Notes: a model not told the origin generated them from the sequence alone. A stretch of DNA of 64,000 bases from Mucilaginibacter sp. (GCA_028288285.1 JAQBNZ010000129.1:31390-95389); one strand, 5' to 3'; positions 31,001-41,113 are shown, counted from the first letter of the stretch. Program-made: numbers and translations.

Positions 31001-31351
31001 TGCCTGAATTCTGTTGGCAAATGCGCTTACCTCTGCCGCTGCCTGCGCCATGTTGGTGCCTGGATAAAAGTTTATCTTCATCAGGGTTAGGCCCTGTATG
31101 TTTTTTGACTCGATACTTTTTATACCATTTACAAACAGTAATATATTTATATACTGCTTACTAAACATGGCCTCCATTTGGTTTGGTGTATAACCCGAAA
31201 AAGGATGCGAAAGATAAATAACAGGCAGGTCGAGCTTTGGAAAAATATCAACCTTTATAGTTGTTGCAGACTTTATCCCGAAGAACAGCAAGCCGGCAAC
31301 CAATACCATTATTGTAATAGGTTTACGTAGCGCAAAACGAATTAAATTCAT
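28073..31351 (-). CDS. RND efflux permease (AcrB/CusA superfamily)
   Basis: 1092 aa, GILVDESTVTIENI, RMRPILMT, PLGRAVVGGL. Confidence 0.95.
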   Translation of the reverse strand: MNLIRFALRKPITIMVLVAGLLFFGIKSATTIKVDIFPKLDLPVIYLSHPFSGYTPNQMEAMFSKQYINILLFVNGIKSIESKNIQGLTLMKINFYPGTNMAQAAAEVSAFANRIQAIFPPGSNPPFIIRFDASTLPVGQLILSSKTRSNNELLDMANVYVRSSFTQIPGLVTPSPFGGNIRTVVIKADPSMMRSHNLTIDQLVEALRVNNLTAPSGNVRIGDKNYITPTNTTEHTIKDFETIPLFKGGVQNLYLKDVASVEDGADVTAGYGLVNGKRSVYLSIAKNADASTWEVVQKLKKAIPKIQAQLPDDVKISYEFDQSTYVINSVKSLLTEGAIGALLTGLMVLIFLGDVRGACIVILTIPIAVISSVLFLTLFGQTINIMTLSGLALAIGILVDESTVTIENIHQHFDMGKPKALAIWDACKEIAFPKLLILFCILAVFAPAFTMGGIPGSLFLPLALAIGFSMIISYFLAQTFVPVMANWIMKVKHHKKPDGQEMTDDEEFKAAGFDADSEHNTWAQKKALVERADSNHNGKVSMFEKIRQRYMRFIDRLMPMRKPIVIGYLLLTILAAGLMMNSIGRDVLPKVNGSQFQVRLRAAEGTRIERTEEKTLHAIAAIKGITGKDNVAISSAYVGTHPNLFSLNPVFLWMAQPSEAVIQIALSDDYHPNLDELKEEIRHRIAKEIPDLKLSFEPIELTDKILSQGSPTPVEVRVSGRNKKLNEVYANKLINQLSKIDYLRDVQLGQSTKYPSINVEVDRVRAAQLGVDMNDISRSLVASTSSSRYTEKNIWVDEKSGYTYSVQIDVPESKMASISDMGETPVLRNNSRPVLSDVATLTPGTTYGENDNLGAMPVLSVTANLNNKDLGSATKDVQKAIIALGELPKGLNVEMIGLSQTLTDTMDSLETGLMIAIIVIFLMLAANFQSFKVSAVVLATVPAVILGSLGLLMVCGSTLNLQSYMGMIMSVGVSISNAVLLITNAEQLRKYNGNATLSAKEAAALRMRPILMTALAMVVGMIPMASGLGEAGDQSSPLGRAVVGGLIASTFAALLILPLAFAWGQGKATTQSVSLDPEDEESKYYVNTKTSL

Positions 31352-31360
31352 TATTGTAGA

Positions 31361-32752
31361 TTAAAGTTCATTTATAAATAGATTAAAATCGCCCGCTGCT
31401 GCTGCTTTTAGCAGTAACGCCTGCCACACATTATTGTAGGCAATGTCTCTGTCTGTTTCGGCGCGTATCAAAGCATACCTGGCCTGCGTTACATCAACCA
31501 GATTAGAGAGTCCGTTTTTGTACATTACCGATTTTTGTACCCATGCATCTGATGCTGCACTTATTTGTATCGGCACCTCGCGATAGTTTGATAGGGCATT
31601 TTTAATTCTCGTATCTGACAGATTTAGCTGAGCGTTAAGTTCCAGCTTGGTTTGATTATACTCATCCTGCAAACCGAGGCTAATATATCGCTGAGATTTA
31701 ACCTGTTGTGATATTCGTAACGGCTGAGTTAAGTTCCATGATACACCTACACCTATTAAATAATTAGATCGGGTTGGCTTAATGCCATCGGTATAATTGC
31801 TTGAATAAGCGGTTTGGTCTGCACCATAAGTGCTGCTAAACCCCGAGCCCCTTGTTTGAAAAACACCTACCAGAGAGAATACCGGGTAGTTAAAAGTTTT
31901 ATAATAAGCCGTCTGCCTGTCGCTTACATCTATCCGGCTTTTGTAGTAGTTTAATATAGGGTGATTGTTTATCACATCAGGCGATTGGGCAGCATTGATA
32001 TCGGCCGGTACGCGGGTTATAAATAAACTATCTAATGTGAAATTATAATTATCGGTACCAATAAGTACAGCAAGGTTTTTTGCTTGTTGCTGTTCGGCAT
32101 CAAGCGCCTGGGTAAGCAGTATTTTTGCACTGGATATTTCGGCATTAGCCTGTGATGAATCAACACCAGGTATAAGGCCGCCCCTTGCCCTTGAAATTAC
32201 TACCTGCCTGAAAGTATCAGCCCTGCTTAAATTTTTACGGTACGATGCGGTGAGCCTTTGCGATGCCAGCAAATTTAAATAGGCTGCAGAAACCCTTACC
32301 TTTTGTTGGAAGATCTCCTGCTGCAGATCGATACTATCACGGGCGGCTGCCGCTTGTGCTGTTTTAACCTTTTCTTTGGCACGGCCAAAAGCAAAAAAGT
32401 CCCAGTTAACATTAGTAAGATAAAGCGAGCCAAAAGCAGCATTCCAGTTTTGATTACTAAGTGCAAGACCAGATGAGGCTACAGCTCCACCAAAGCTGTA
32501 AAGTGGACCATTTTGGCCGTTTATTGTGCCGTAATCTTGCTGTGCACTAATATTTAAGTTAGGCAAATAGTCGCGCTTGGCCTGTGTTACACTTGCTTTT
32601 GATGCCTTGGCATAATTGGCTTTGGCCTTTACTATACCATAATTATCAACAGCTTGCTGTATGGCATCTTTTAGAGTGAGTTTTTGTTGTGCTTGTGCAC
32701 TATCTGTAATAAGTAAAACAGATAAGTAAAGTAGCGGCTGTAGTATTTTCAT
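31361..32752 (-). CDS. TolC family outer-membrane protein
   Basis: Signal peptide, LTLKDAIQQA, YLPNL, OEP-like repeats, operon context. Confidence 0.9.
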   Translation of the reverse strand: MKILQPLLYLSVLLITDSAQAQQKLTLKDAIQQAVDNYGIVKAKANYAKASKASVTQAKRDYLPNLNISAQQDYGTINGQNGPLYSFGGAVASSGLALSNQNWNAAFGSLYLTNVNWDFFAFGRAKEKVKTAQAAAARDSIDLQQEIFQQKVRVSAAYLNLLASQRLTASYRKNLSRADTFRQVVISRARGGLIPGVDSSQANAEISSAKILLTQALDAEQQQAKNLAVLIGTDNYNFTLDSLFITRVPADINAAQSPDVINNHPILNYYKSRIDVSDRQTAYYKTFNYPVFSLVGVFQTRGSGFSSTYGADQTAYSSNYTDGIKPTRSNYLIGVGVSWNLTQPLRISQQVKSQRYISLGLQDEYNQTKLELNAQLNLSDTRIKNALSNYREVPIQISAASDAWVQKSVMYKNGLSNLVDVTQARYALIRAETDRDIAYNNVWQALLLKAAAAGDFNLFINEL

Positions 32753-32875
32753 TTAGAACCCCAAATTTGCAATCACTTATGTAGTAATCTTTAAGCAAGA
32801 CTACTATATTATTTTGAAGCAAACTTGAAGCATTAATACTAAATTGCTATTTCTATTAGATTTTTGACAATTAAA

Positions 32876-34201
32876 TTATGCAAGTGCTGTATTTTCATTA
32901 AAAATCAGCTCCCTGTTTTCTTCAGACTCTTCAATGGTCTCTTGCACTTCAGCAAAATTTACCTGCAAAATGTGCAATCCATTTTCAAAAGTGTAAGAAA
33001 CTTTGAAATTGTTAACGGTACAAATTTGTTTTACAATTGACAGTCCTAAGCCAATGCTGTCTGCAGACTGGTTGCTTTTTTTGAACCTGCGAAACAGCAA
33101 CTCAGGTTCAATCTCAGGCGGAAGACCGGTGTTTTTTACGATAAGTGAATTACTGGTTAATGTTACATCAATTTCCCCATTTTCTATATTGTACCTAATG
33201 GCGTTACTTATTAAGTTGGTTACCAATATTTCGGCTAACACAGAGTGAATTTGAAGTGATACCTTATTATCAATATTGGTAGTTACGCGCAGGTTCTTCA
33301 TTTGTATCCAGTTCTCAAAAGAGGCAAGCGCTTGTTTAGTTATCAGGCAAAACCTGATACTTTCACTGGCCTCAAACTCAAAATTATCAAGTTTAGTAAG
33401 CAGCAACAGGGAGCGGTTTATCTTTACCAGTTTTTCAACCGCGTTTTGCATATCATCAATTAATACAGCCTGGTTTTCGCCTATATTGGTTTCTGATAAT
33501 AGTTCAAGCTTACTGCGGATAACGGCCAGCGGGGTTTGCACTTCGTGCGATGCATTTTCGCTAAACTCTTTTACGCGCAAATAATCCTCCAATGCTATGT
33601 CGGTCATCTTCTTTAAAAAGAAGTTAAGTTGCTTAAACTCCGCGGTGTTGGTAACTGGCAGCGCTATTTTTTCTTTCTGTCTTAAACTAAAGGCTTGTAT
33701 TATTTCGAGCGTTTTTTGAAAGGATGATAATACGTACCGGGAAATAAGCCTGCCGGAAATTGCTACAAATACAATGATCAATATCATTTTCCATACCAGG
33801 GCTCGCATCATACCTTGAATGATTAGTTCGCCACGGGTAATGTAATTATAAGTTGATACGCTGTAAACTAAATTATTAATTTTATAATAAGACACCACAT
33901 CAAGGCGGCACTCGTTGCGCTTTAACTCGGTATTGTAAAATCGATAGGTGCTTGCTTTCGTATTTTGAGCAGGCATGGCGCTAATTTGTTTTATAGCGAT
34001 GGGGCGGTCAAGTAAGTACTTATGCGGCGGAATACCTGCTTTTAGCTGTTCGGCCACTTTGTTATTTACATCCTGCAGGCGGGTAATTTCTGCAGAGCGT
34101 ATGTTATCTCTAATACTGTGGTATGATATAACCATACTAATGGGTGTTACCAAAAACACAATGCCAACCAACCACAGTGTTAACTTGTCAACTAATTTCA
34201 T
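32876..34201 (-). CDS. Sensor histidine kinase
   Basis: Two TMs, ASHEVQTPL, NLISNAIRY, GLGLSIV. Confidence 0.92.
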   Translation of the reverse strand: MKLVDKLTLWLVGIVFLVTPISMVISYHSIRDNIRSAEITRLQDVNNKVAEQLKAGIPPHKYLLDRPIAIKQISAMPAQNTKASTYRFYNTELKRNECRLDVVSYYKINNLVYSVSTYNYITRGELIIQGMMRALVWKMILIIVFVAISGRLISRYVLSSFQKTLEIIQAFSLRQKEKIALPVTNTAEFKQLNFFLKKMTDIALEDYLRVKEFSENASHEVQTPLAVIRSKLELLSETNIGENQAVLIDDMQNAVEKLVKINRSLLLLTKLDNFEFEASESIRFCLITKQALASFENWIQMKNLRVTTNIDNKVSLQIHSVLAEILVTNLISNAIRYNIENGEIDVTLTSNSLIVKNTGLPPEIEPELLFRRFKKSNQSADSIGLGLSIVKQICTVNNFKVSYTFENGLHILQVNFAEVQETIEESEENRELIFNENTALA

Positions 34202-34893
34202 ATTTCTGTTTCGGTGGATTTAAATCTGTAACCTAAACCGTAAATTGTATCTATATAATCTACGCCGTTAATTAAGCTGATCTTTTTGCGCAGATTTTTA
34301 ACATGCTGGTACACAAAATCTAAGTTAGCTAAATTATCAGTATAGTCTCCCCAAAGGTGGGCAGCAATAGCCTGGCGTGAAAGTACCCTGCTTTTATTTA
34401 CCATAAAATACATTAGTAATTCAAATTCCTTACGGGTGATATCTAATAGCTGATTATTAATAAAAGCTTCAAAAGTATCGGTATTGAGGCTTATTTCATT
34501 GAACGTTATTATATTGCTGTTATTACCATTCAAACTTTTACGGCGATAAATAGCACGTAAGCGGGCATGCAGCTCAGATAAGTGAAATGGTTTGGTGAGG
34601 TAATCATCGGCACCGCCTTCAAGGCCTGTTATTTTATCGTCCAAAGCTTCTTTGGCTGATATGATAAGTATGCCGCTCTGTATATTTTCCGTTTTAATAA
34701 AATTAAGCACATCCAGTCCGTTACCATCAGGCAGCATAATATCAAGCAGGATGCAATCGTAAGAAAAAGAAAGCAGTTTATCCTTTGCTACTTCAACCGT
34801 TTCGGCTAATTCACAAACATAACCGGCAAGTGTAAGAAAATCGTAGATACTCTTCGCCAGTTCCTTATTGTCCTCTAAGGCAAGTACTTTCAT
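34198..34893 (-). CDS. OmpR-family response regulator
   Basis: LLDIMLPDGNG, GADDYLTKPF, winged-helix domain with GLGYRF. Confidence 0.93.
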   Translation of the reverse strand: MKVLALEDNKELAKSIYDFLTLAGYVCELAETVEVAKDKLLSFSYDCILLDIMLPDGNGLDVLNFIKTENIQSGILIISAKEALDDKITGLEGGADDYLTKPFHLSELHARLRAIYRRKSLNGNNSNIITFNEISLNTDTFEAFINNQLLDITRKEFELLMYFMVNKSRVLSRQAIAAHLWGDYTDNLANLDFVYQHVKNLRKKISLINGVDYIDTIYGLGYRFKSTETEI

Positions 34894-34960
34894 ACAACAA
34901 ATATAAAACGCAATTCTGTATCAATTTTGAAACGTTTATATTCTTATAGCAAGATGACAC

Positions 34961-35983
34961 TTAATGATGATTTGTACTACCGTTAGGCTTGCGCTGGAAA
35001 CTCCATACCAGATAGATTAATGCAGGTAAAATAAAAAGGCTGCCTATTAATAAAGCCACGCCGAGGGCTTCAATAGTTTTATCGGCGCCTCTGTCACCAA
35101 TGAGCGAAAGATAGCCACCGTTTTTTAGGATAACGATATTGGGATAATGCTTATAGGTAGTGGTTAACAATATCATGGTAACCTGGAAACCGGCCAATAC
35201 ACGTATAATATAACGCTTGCCCCGATATATTAAGTACCAAAGCATAACAAGCGAAATGCTTGCCGCGCTTACAGCGGTTATACCAATTACGTTGCCGAAA
35301 ACCCATTGCACCAGTGGAATATGCTCTGTTATTGATGCTATAAAAACAGCAGCGCCGGCCACTACTGCGGCTATATTCATGATCCGGGCCTTACGGATAA
35401 AGCTTTTGCGTTCGGCTTCGTCGTTGGCTTCGCCTATTAAGTATATGGCAGCTAAAAATCCGCAAAGCGCCACGGTAAAAAACCCAATAGCAACAGAGAA
35501 CCAGTTGAGCCAGCTATACACATAAGCAGCCATAAAAGTATCAGCCTGCGGATCTATCCGGCCGGATACAGCGCTGCCCGCTATAATACCCAGGAACAAG
35601 GGAGTTATAAAGCTGGAGTAAACAAATATTTTGTTATATACCTTCTGCATATCATCAATCACGGCATCATAGTTCCTGAAGGTTAGGGCGGTACCACGGG
35701 CAATAATCCCCATTAGCATAATAACCAATGGGATATGCAGATAGGTTGACATGGTTGTATAAATAACCGGAAAACCCACAAATAGTATTACAATAGCAAT
35801 AATAAGCCACATGTGGTTAGCTTCCCATATTGGCCCAATGGCGTTGTACATAATACGGCGGGTGCGCGATTTATTGGCGTTTGATGTAAACATTTCAATA
35901 ATGCCCGCGCCAAAATCGGCACCACCCATTACCAGGTAAAGCAATAGGGCCAGCCATAAAAATAGTATCACAACATAAAGCAT
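34961..35983 (-). CDS. cydB: Cytochrome bd ubiquinol oxidase subunit II
   Basis: GGADFGAG, GPIWEANHMWLI; follows cydA. Confidence 0.9.
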   Translation of the reverse strand: MLYVVILFLWLALLLYLVMGGADFGAGIIEMFTSNANKSRTRRIMYNAIGPIWEANHMWLIIAIVILFVGFPVIYTTMSTYLHIPLVIMLMGIIARGTALTFRNYDAVIDDMQKVYNKIFVYSSFITPLFLGIIAGSAVSGRIDPQADTFMAAYVYSWLNWFSVAIGFFTVALCGFLAAIYLIGEANDEAERKSFIRKARIMNIAAVVAGAAVFIASITEHIPLVQWVFGNVIGITAVSAASISLVMLWYLIYRGKRYIIRVLAGFQVTMILLTTTYKHYPNIVILKNGGYLSLIGDRGADKTIEALGVALLIGSLFILPALIYLVWSFQRKPNGSTNHH

Positions 35984-35992
35984 CAACATATA

Positions 35993-37324
35993 TTAATTTT
36001 TAGTGTGCATGGGGTTAGTGGTATCGTAAATTTGGGGTACCATTCTTATTTGCCTGTAAAGCAGAAATATAACCACAATGCTTAACGTTAAATAAACGGC
36101 CGTAAAAAGGTAAAACGAGTAACCAATACCCGGCATGGGTGTTACGGCATCTTTAGTGCGCATAATGCCTTGTATGATCCAAGGTTGGCGACCAACTTCG
36201 GTTACCGTCCACCCGGCTTCAACGGCAATAAAGCCAATAGGGGTGGCAGCTATAAATAACCGCAAAAACCAGTGTTTATTAAACCAATCTCGCTTTTTAA
36301 TGAGCGCTATAAAATAAATAACCCCAATAGTCATCATTAGCATGCCTAACGCTACCATTAGCTGAAAAGAATAGTGGGTAACAGCAATTGGCGGCTGGTC
36401 TTTCTCGGGTATCTGGTCAAGGCCTGTTACGGGTGTTTTAAAATTGTCATGCACCATAAAGCTTAGCAGGCCAGGCAGTTCAAGCGCGTAGTTTACCTTT
36501 TTGTTTTTAACATCGGGTATGCCGCCAATTATTAAAGGAGAATATTCTTCCGTTTTAAAATGCGCCTCCATAGCCGCCAGCTTGGCCGGTTGTCTTTTGG
36601 CTACCATCTTTGCAGAGATATCGCCGCTTAGTGGCTGCAGTATACTGGCTACAACACCAAACACAGCCGCTATCCTGAAAGCTTTTTTGTGGAAGTTTAT
36701 ATTCATTTTCCTCACAATCATTAGCGCATGCACGCCCGCCACGGCAAAACCGGTAGCAGCAAACGCGGCTATTGACATGTGCAGCGCCTGCGAGAACCAC
36801 GCCGGGTTAAACATTGCCTTTATAGGGTCAATGTTGGTGTACTTGCCATTTATAAAATCAAACCCGGTGGGGCTATTCATCCAGCTATTTGCAGATACTA
36901 CTAATATCCCGGAGGCTATACCGCTGATGCCTACCACCACACCTGTAAACCAATGGAACCATTTGTTAAACCTGTTCCATCCGTAAAGGTAAAATCCCAG
37001 CGCTATGGCCTCAATAAAGAAAGCTGTTCCTTCCAGCGAAAAGGGCATCCCGAATATAGGACCGGCATGTTTCATAAAAGTTGGCCAAAGCAGGCCAAGC
37101 TCAAAAGAAAGTACAGTGCCCGATACTGCCCCGGTAGCAAAAAAGATAGCCACGCCTTTGCTCCAGGCTTTGGTTACGTTTTTATATACCGGGTTATTAG
37201 TTTTAAGCCATAAATAATGCGATACGGCCATAAAAAATGGCATTACCATGCCTATACAGGAAAATATGATGTGAAAGCCCAGGGAGAGCGCCATTTGTGA
37301 GCGCGCGGCCAAAAAATTATCCAT
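35993..37324 (-). CDS. cydA: Cytochrome bd ubiquinol oxidase subunit I (short Q-loop)
   Basis: FHIIF, ANSWMNSP, QPAKLAAME, AGWTVTEVGRQPW. Confidence 0.93.
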   Translation of the reverse strand: MDNFLAARSQMALSLGFHIIFSCIGMVMPFFMAVSHYLWLKTNNPVYKNVTKAWSKGVAIFFATGAVSGTVLSFELGLLWPTFMKHAGPIFGMPFSLEGTAFFIEAIALGFYLYGWNRFNKWFHWFTGVVVGISGIASGILVVSANSWMNSPTGFDFINGKYTNIDPIKAMFNPAWFSQALHMSIAAFAATGFAVAGVHALMIVRKMNINFHKKAFRIAAVFGVVASILQPLSGDISAKMVAKRQPAKLAAMEAHFKTEEYSPLIIGGIPDVKNKKVNYALELPGLLSFMVHDNFKTPVTGLDQIPEKDQPPIAVTHYSFQLMVALGMLMMTIGVIYFIALIKKRDWFNKHWFLRLFIAATPIGFIAVEAGWTVTEVGRQPWIIQGIMRTKDAVTPMPGIGYSFYLFTAVYLTLSIVVIFLLYRQIRMVPQIYDTTNPMHTKN

Positions 37325-37426
37325 GGTGCAAGTTACCCACTATGTAGCACTAACTGAACTTTTTAGTCTTTAAAAAAGTCATTTTTGAAATTTAGAATGA
37401 ATACAAATTTCAAATAAATTGGGCAA

Positions 37427-37699
37427 TTAATATTCTGCAAATAACTCATCAGGATAGCACCATAACCAACGCTCGCCGGGTTGGGCCGAAGCTATTACCG
37501 GATGCTGTGTTTTATGGTAATGTTTGGTCATGTGCTGATGCTCTGACTGGTCGCAGCAAAGCGTAACTCCGCAGGTTTGGCAGGTGCGTAGGTGGAACCA
37601 GTCGCTGCCAATTTTAATACACTCTTCGCAAACCAACTCGTCGCTTATTTTAACCTGGGTAATTGCGCTTAAGTGTTCACAAAGAGAGTCGTTTGCCAT
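37427..37699 (-). CDS. UBP-type zinc finger protein
   Basis: CEH, CEEC, WFHLRTCQTCG..CCD, H..KH...HP pattern. An alternative start lies at 37720. Confidence 0.85.
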   Translation of the reverse strand: MANDSLCEHLSAITQVKISDELVCEECIKIGSDWFHLRTCQTCGVTLCCDQSEHQHMTKHYHKTQHPVIASAQPGERWLWCYPDELFAEY

Positions 37700-37810
37700 G
37701 GTAATTGTATGTAGTATCAAATTTAATAAAGAATTATCAATTACTATTTACTATCTAAATGTAATTGCTTAAAACATTACCCCGCTAAATTTATTACCAT
37801 ACATATAAGC

Positions 37811-38734
37811 ATGGCATCTTCAAAAACATCAATTTACAGCGCTCTTTTAGCTAACATGTTAATTGCTATTACCAAATTTATAGCAGGAAGCATAAGTAAC
37901 AGCGGCGCCATGATAGCCGAAGGTATACACTCTGTTGTTGACACTATTAATGAATTGTTATTACTGCTGGGTTTGCACCAAAGCAAAAAGAAAGCCGATG
38001 CCACGCATCCGTTTGGTTATGGCAAGGAGCTTTACTTTTGGTCGTTTATTGTATCTATCCTTATTTTTGGTTTAGGCGGAGGAATATCTATTTACCAGGG
38101 AGTGGTACATATATCGCACCCCGAATCTTTGGAGGACCCTGCCATTAATTATATAGTATTGGGCCTGTCTATAATATTTGAAGGTGCATCATTAATAGTA
38201 GCCGCCAAACATTTTAACCAGGCCCGCGGAGAAACGCCCTGGTGGGAAGCCGTTGTTAAAAGCAAAGATCCGTCAAATTTTCTGGTACTGTTTGAGGATA
38301 GCGCAGCCGTAGCCGGGTTGTTTATTGTATTAATATGTACTTTTCTAAATCATCAATACCATTTGCCTTATTTGGATGGTGTGGCATCTATATTAGTGGG
38401 ACTGGTGCTGGTTGCTGTATCGGCCATATTGGCCCGCGAAAGCCGCAGCTTGTTAATGGGTGAAGGTATAGCGCCTGAAACAAAAACTAAAATTTGCCAG
38501 TTGGTTGAGCGCGATCCGTCGGTGTCAAAGGTGATGCACATTTTGTCAACCTATCAATCGCCAGAAGAAATCTTGCTAATGCTGATTATCAACTTTAAGG
38601 ACGATATTGATACACAGGATTTGAACATAGCCATTGATCGTATACGGGCAACTGTAAAAGAGGAGTGGCAATTAGTGCGCTTTGTAATTATACAGCCAGA
38701 AACTGTAGAGCATCATCATAGTTTTATGGAGTAG
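37811..38734 (+). CDS. Cation diffusion facilitator family transporter
   Basis: AEGIHSVVD, HPFGYGKELYFW, FEDSAA, LDGVAS. Confidence 0.92.
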   Translation: MASSKTSIYSALLANMLIAITKFIAGSISNSGAMIAEGIHSVVDTINELLLLLGLHQSKKKADATHPFGYGKELYFWSFIVSILIFGLGGGISIYQGVVHISHPESLEDPAINYIVLGLSIIFEGASLIVAAKHFNQARGETPWWEAVVKSKDPSNFLVLFEDSAAVAGLFIVLICTFLNHQYHLPYLDGVASILVGLVLVAVSAILARESRSLLMGEGIAPETKTKICQLVERDPSVSKVMHILSTYQSPEEILLMLIINFKDDIDTQDLNIAIDRIRATVKEEWQLVRFVIIQPETVEHHHSFME

Positions 38735-38758
38735 GGTTTTTAGTTATTTGTATCCATT

Positions 38759-38840
38759 TTAACCACAAAGGACACTAAGTAAGAAGATACAAAGTACACA
38801 GAGGCTTATTTTATTACTATGGTCTATTACTCTTTGTGTT
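38759..38840. repeat. Intergenic AACCACA(G/A)AG-type repeat remnant
   Basis: AACCACAAAGGACACTAAG...CACAGAG...CTCTTTGTG; related copies at 52139-52226 and 60411-60492. Confidence 0.5.
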
Positions 38841-38893
38841 TCTCCCTCTAATATTTCTCAAACGTTTAAGATATATTTTATTCCGATCATATC

Positions 38894-38916
38894 AATTACT
38901 AAAAATATTAGTAATT
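38894..38916. promoter_or_regulatory. Palindromic operator CTAA-N5-TTAG (putative SOS/LexA box)
   Basis: AATTACTAA-AAATA-TTAGTAATT, 10 nt before the ATG of the radical SAM repair gene. The same core occurs at 50647-50663. Confidence 0.7.
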
Positions 38917-38926
38917 TTGAATTGAT

Positions 38927-40183
38927 ATGAATGTGGACAGGATAACAGAGAAATTGAATATTTTAGCAGATGCAGCCAAGTACGATGTATCATGTGCATC
39001 AAGCGGCAGTAAGCGTAAAAACGAAAATAAAGGTTTAGGAAATGCCAGTAATGGTATATGCCATTCGTACACAGAGGATGGACGATGTGTATCCCTGTTA
39101 AAAATATTATTGACCAACCATTGCATTTTTGATTGCGCTTATTGTGTATCGCGCAAAAGCAATGATATCAAACGCGCCGCGTTTACGGTACAGGAAGTGG
39201 TTGACCTAACCATTAACTTTTACCGCCGCAATTATATAGAGGGCCTGTTTTTAAGCTCGGGTATTTTTAAAGATGCTGATTATACTATGGAACGCTTAGT
39301 TCGTATTGCTAAAAAACTGCGTACCGAGCATAATTTTAACGGCTACATTCATCTTAAATCCATCCCCGGTGCAAGTGATGAATTAATGAACGAGGCCGGC
39401 CTGTATGCTGATCGTCTGAGCGTTAATCTGGAAATGCCAACTGAAGCAGGACTAAAGCTATTGGCGCCTGATAAAAACCAGGCTGATATGATAAAACCAA
39501 TGGGATATTTAAAAAACGCTATTATTCAACATACCGAAGAAAAAAAGCTTTTTAAAAAGGCCCCGATATTTGCACCCGCCGGGCAAAGCACACAGGTAAT
39601 TATAGGTGCTACGCCCGAGAATGATAGCCAGGTGTTGCAATCTGCCAATTACTTTTATAAGAACTTTAATTTAAAACGGGTTTACTACTCGGGTTATGTA
39701 CCGGTACTGGCAGATAAGCGGTTGCCAGCCTTAAATACATCAGTACCTATGGTGCGCGAGAACCGGCTTTATCAGGCCGATTGGTTGATGCGGTTTTACG
39801 GTTTTCATGTTAACGAAATAGTGAACACTCAGCAGCCACACCTTGATTTGGATATTGACCCTAAACTGGGCTGGGCCATCCGTAATATGCAGACTTTTCC
39901 GATAGATGTAAACAAGGCCGATCTGCAAATGATATTGCGCGTACCGGGCATTGGGCTATTATCGGCACAAAAAATTGTAAGCGCACGCATATTTGGTAAA
40001 CTTAACTGGGATCAGCTTAAAAAAATGGGAGTGAGCATTAACCGGGCTAAGTATTTCATTACCTGCAAAAGCAACGAATTTGAACGGCGTGACCTTACGG
40101 GTAACAACATTAAGCAGTTTATACTGGCTGCATCGCAAAGCAAATACCTAAAAAATGCACAAACCCAGCTAAGCCTTTTTTAA
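38927..40183 (+). CDS. Putative DNA modification/repair radical SAM protein with HhH motif (TIGR03916-like)
   Basis: AAKYDVSCASSG, GICHS, CIFDCAYC (CX3CX2C), RENRLYQADWL, RVPGIG. Confidence 0.93.
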   Translation: MNVDRITEKLNILADAAKYDVSCASSGSKRKNENKGLGNASNGICHSYTEDGRCVSLLKILLTNHCIFDCAYCVSRKSNDIKRAAFTVQEVVDLTINFYRRNYIEGLFLSSGIFKDADYTMERLVRIAKKLRTEHNFNGYIHLKSIPGASDELMNEAGLYADRLSVNLEMPTEAGLKLLAPDKNQADMIKPMGYLKNAIIQHTEEKKLFKKAPIFAPAGQSTQVIIGATPENDSQVLQSANYFYKNFNLKRVYYSGYVPVLADKRLPALNTSVPMVRENRLYQADWLMRFYGFHVNEIVNTQQPHLDLDIDPKLGWAIRNMQTFPIDVNKADLQMILRVPGIGLLSAQKIVSARIFGKLNWDQLKKMGVSINRAKYFITCKSNEFERRDLTGNNIKQFILAASQSKYLKNAQTQLSLF

Positions 40184-40184
40184 C

Positions 40185-40946
40185 ATGACCACTACCTTAT
40201 TATATGATGGCACATTTGAGGGCCTGCTCACTGCCGTGTTTGAAGTATATGAACATAAACTGGGCTATGTAAAACTGGCGAAGGCAGATAAGCATACCAA
40301 AGCCATGTTTGAGCAGGTAATAAATGTAATTACTGATGAGGTGCGCGCTACCCGTGTGCTAAAAGGATTAAAATTGAAATTATCTCCGATGGGGGTGCAG
40401 CGACTATATGCCGCCCATTTAGCCGAAATGGATGGTGAAGAGAATATATTGTTAGGTTATATTAGGTATGCGTTTGATGCCGGGCAAAATATTGAAGAGG
40501 ATTACGGGAACAAATTTGTAATGCGCGTATCAGAAATGGTGCGCATGGTTCGGCGCGAAAAGCATAGGATGGAGGCTTTTGTACGATTTCAGAAATTAAA
40601 GGACGAAACCTTTTATGCTACCGTTGAGCCCGACTTTAACGTACTGCCGCTACTTATTCGTCATTTTAAAAGTCGTTATGCCGACCAGCGCTGGATAATT
40701 TATGATATGAAACGGCTTTACGGTGTTTATTATGACCTGCACGATACCCAGTATATAACGCTGGATTTTGCTACAAGCAACAAACCCAGCGAAGTAATGG
40801 CAGCCTTTTGCGAAGAGGAGGTTATTTATCAGCACTTGTGGAAGAGCTATTTTCATAGTGTAAACATCACATCAAGGAAAAATACTAAGCTGCATGTACG
40901 CCATGTTCCTAAAAGATATTGGAAGCATTTAACAGAGAAAATTTAA
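40185..40946 (+). CDS. Putative DNA metabolism protein (TIGR03915/DUF4130)
   Basis: YDGTFEGLLTAVF, EKHRMEAFVRF, HFKSRYADQ, PKRYWKHLTE; usual partner of the radical SAM gene. Confidence 0.9.
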   Translation: MTTTLLYDGTFEGLLTAVFEVYEHKLGYVKLAKADKHTKAMFEQVINVITDEVRATRVLKGLKLKLSPMGVQRLYAAHLAEMDGEENILLGYIRYAFDAGQNIEEDYGNKFVMRVSEMVRMVRREKHRMEAFVRFQKLKDETFYATVEPDFNVLPLLIRHFKSRYADQRWIIYDMKRLYGVYYDLHDTQYITLDFATSNKPSEVMAAFCEEEVIYQHLWKSYFHSVNITSRKNTKLHVRHVPKRYWKHLTEKI

Positions 40947-41002
40947 TTTTTTGAATTTTACGCTTTTTTTAATTGAATTAATACAAGAGTGGAAACTCTT
41001 AT

Positions 41003-41113
41003 TGTTAATAATACACTTGTTTATAAGCTCCGATTTTTAAAATGAATTAGCTTAATATCAATACGTACAGTGTGTTAATAACTGTATGATTGATGTTAAT
41101 AACATGTTAAAAA
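41003..41113 (+). repeat. Cluster of TGTTAATAA direct repeats (DnaA-box-like)
   Basis: TGTTAATAA at 41003, 41073 and 41094; TGTTTATAA at 41018; TGTTAAAAA at 41105. Confidence 0.5.

Noticed and set aside
41003-41113. Replication origin
   Set aside because: The boxes are degenerate, no typical oriC-flanking genes are present, and GC skew cannot be assessed here. Kept only as a possible regulatory cluster.
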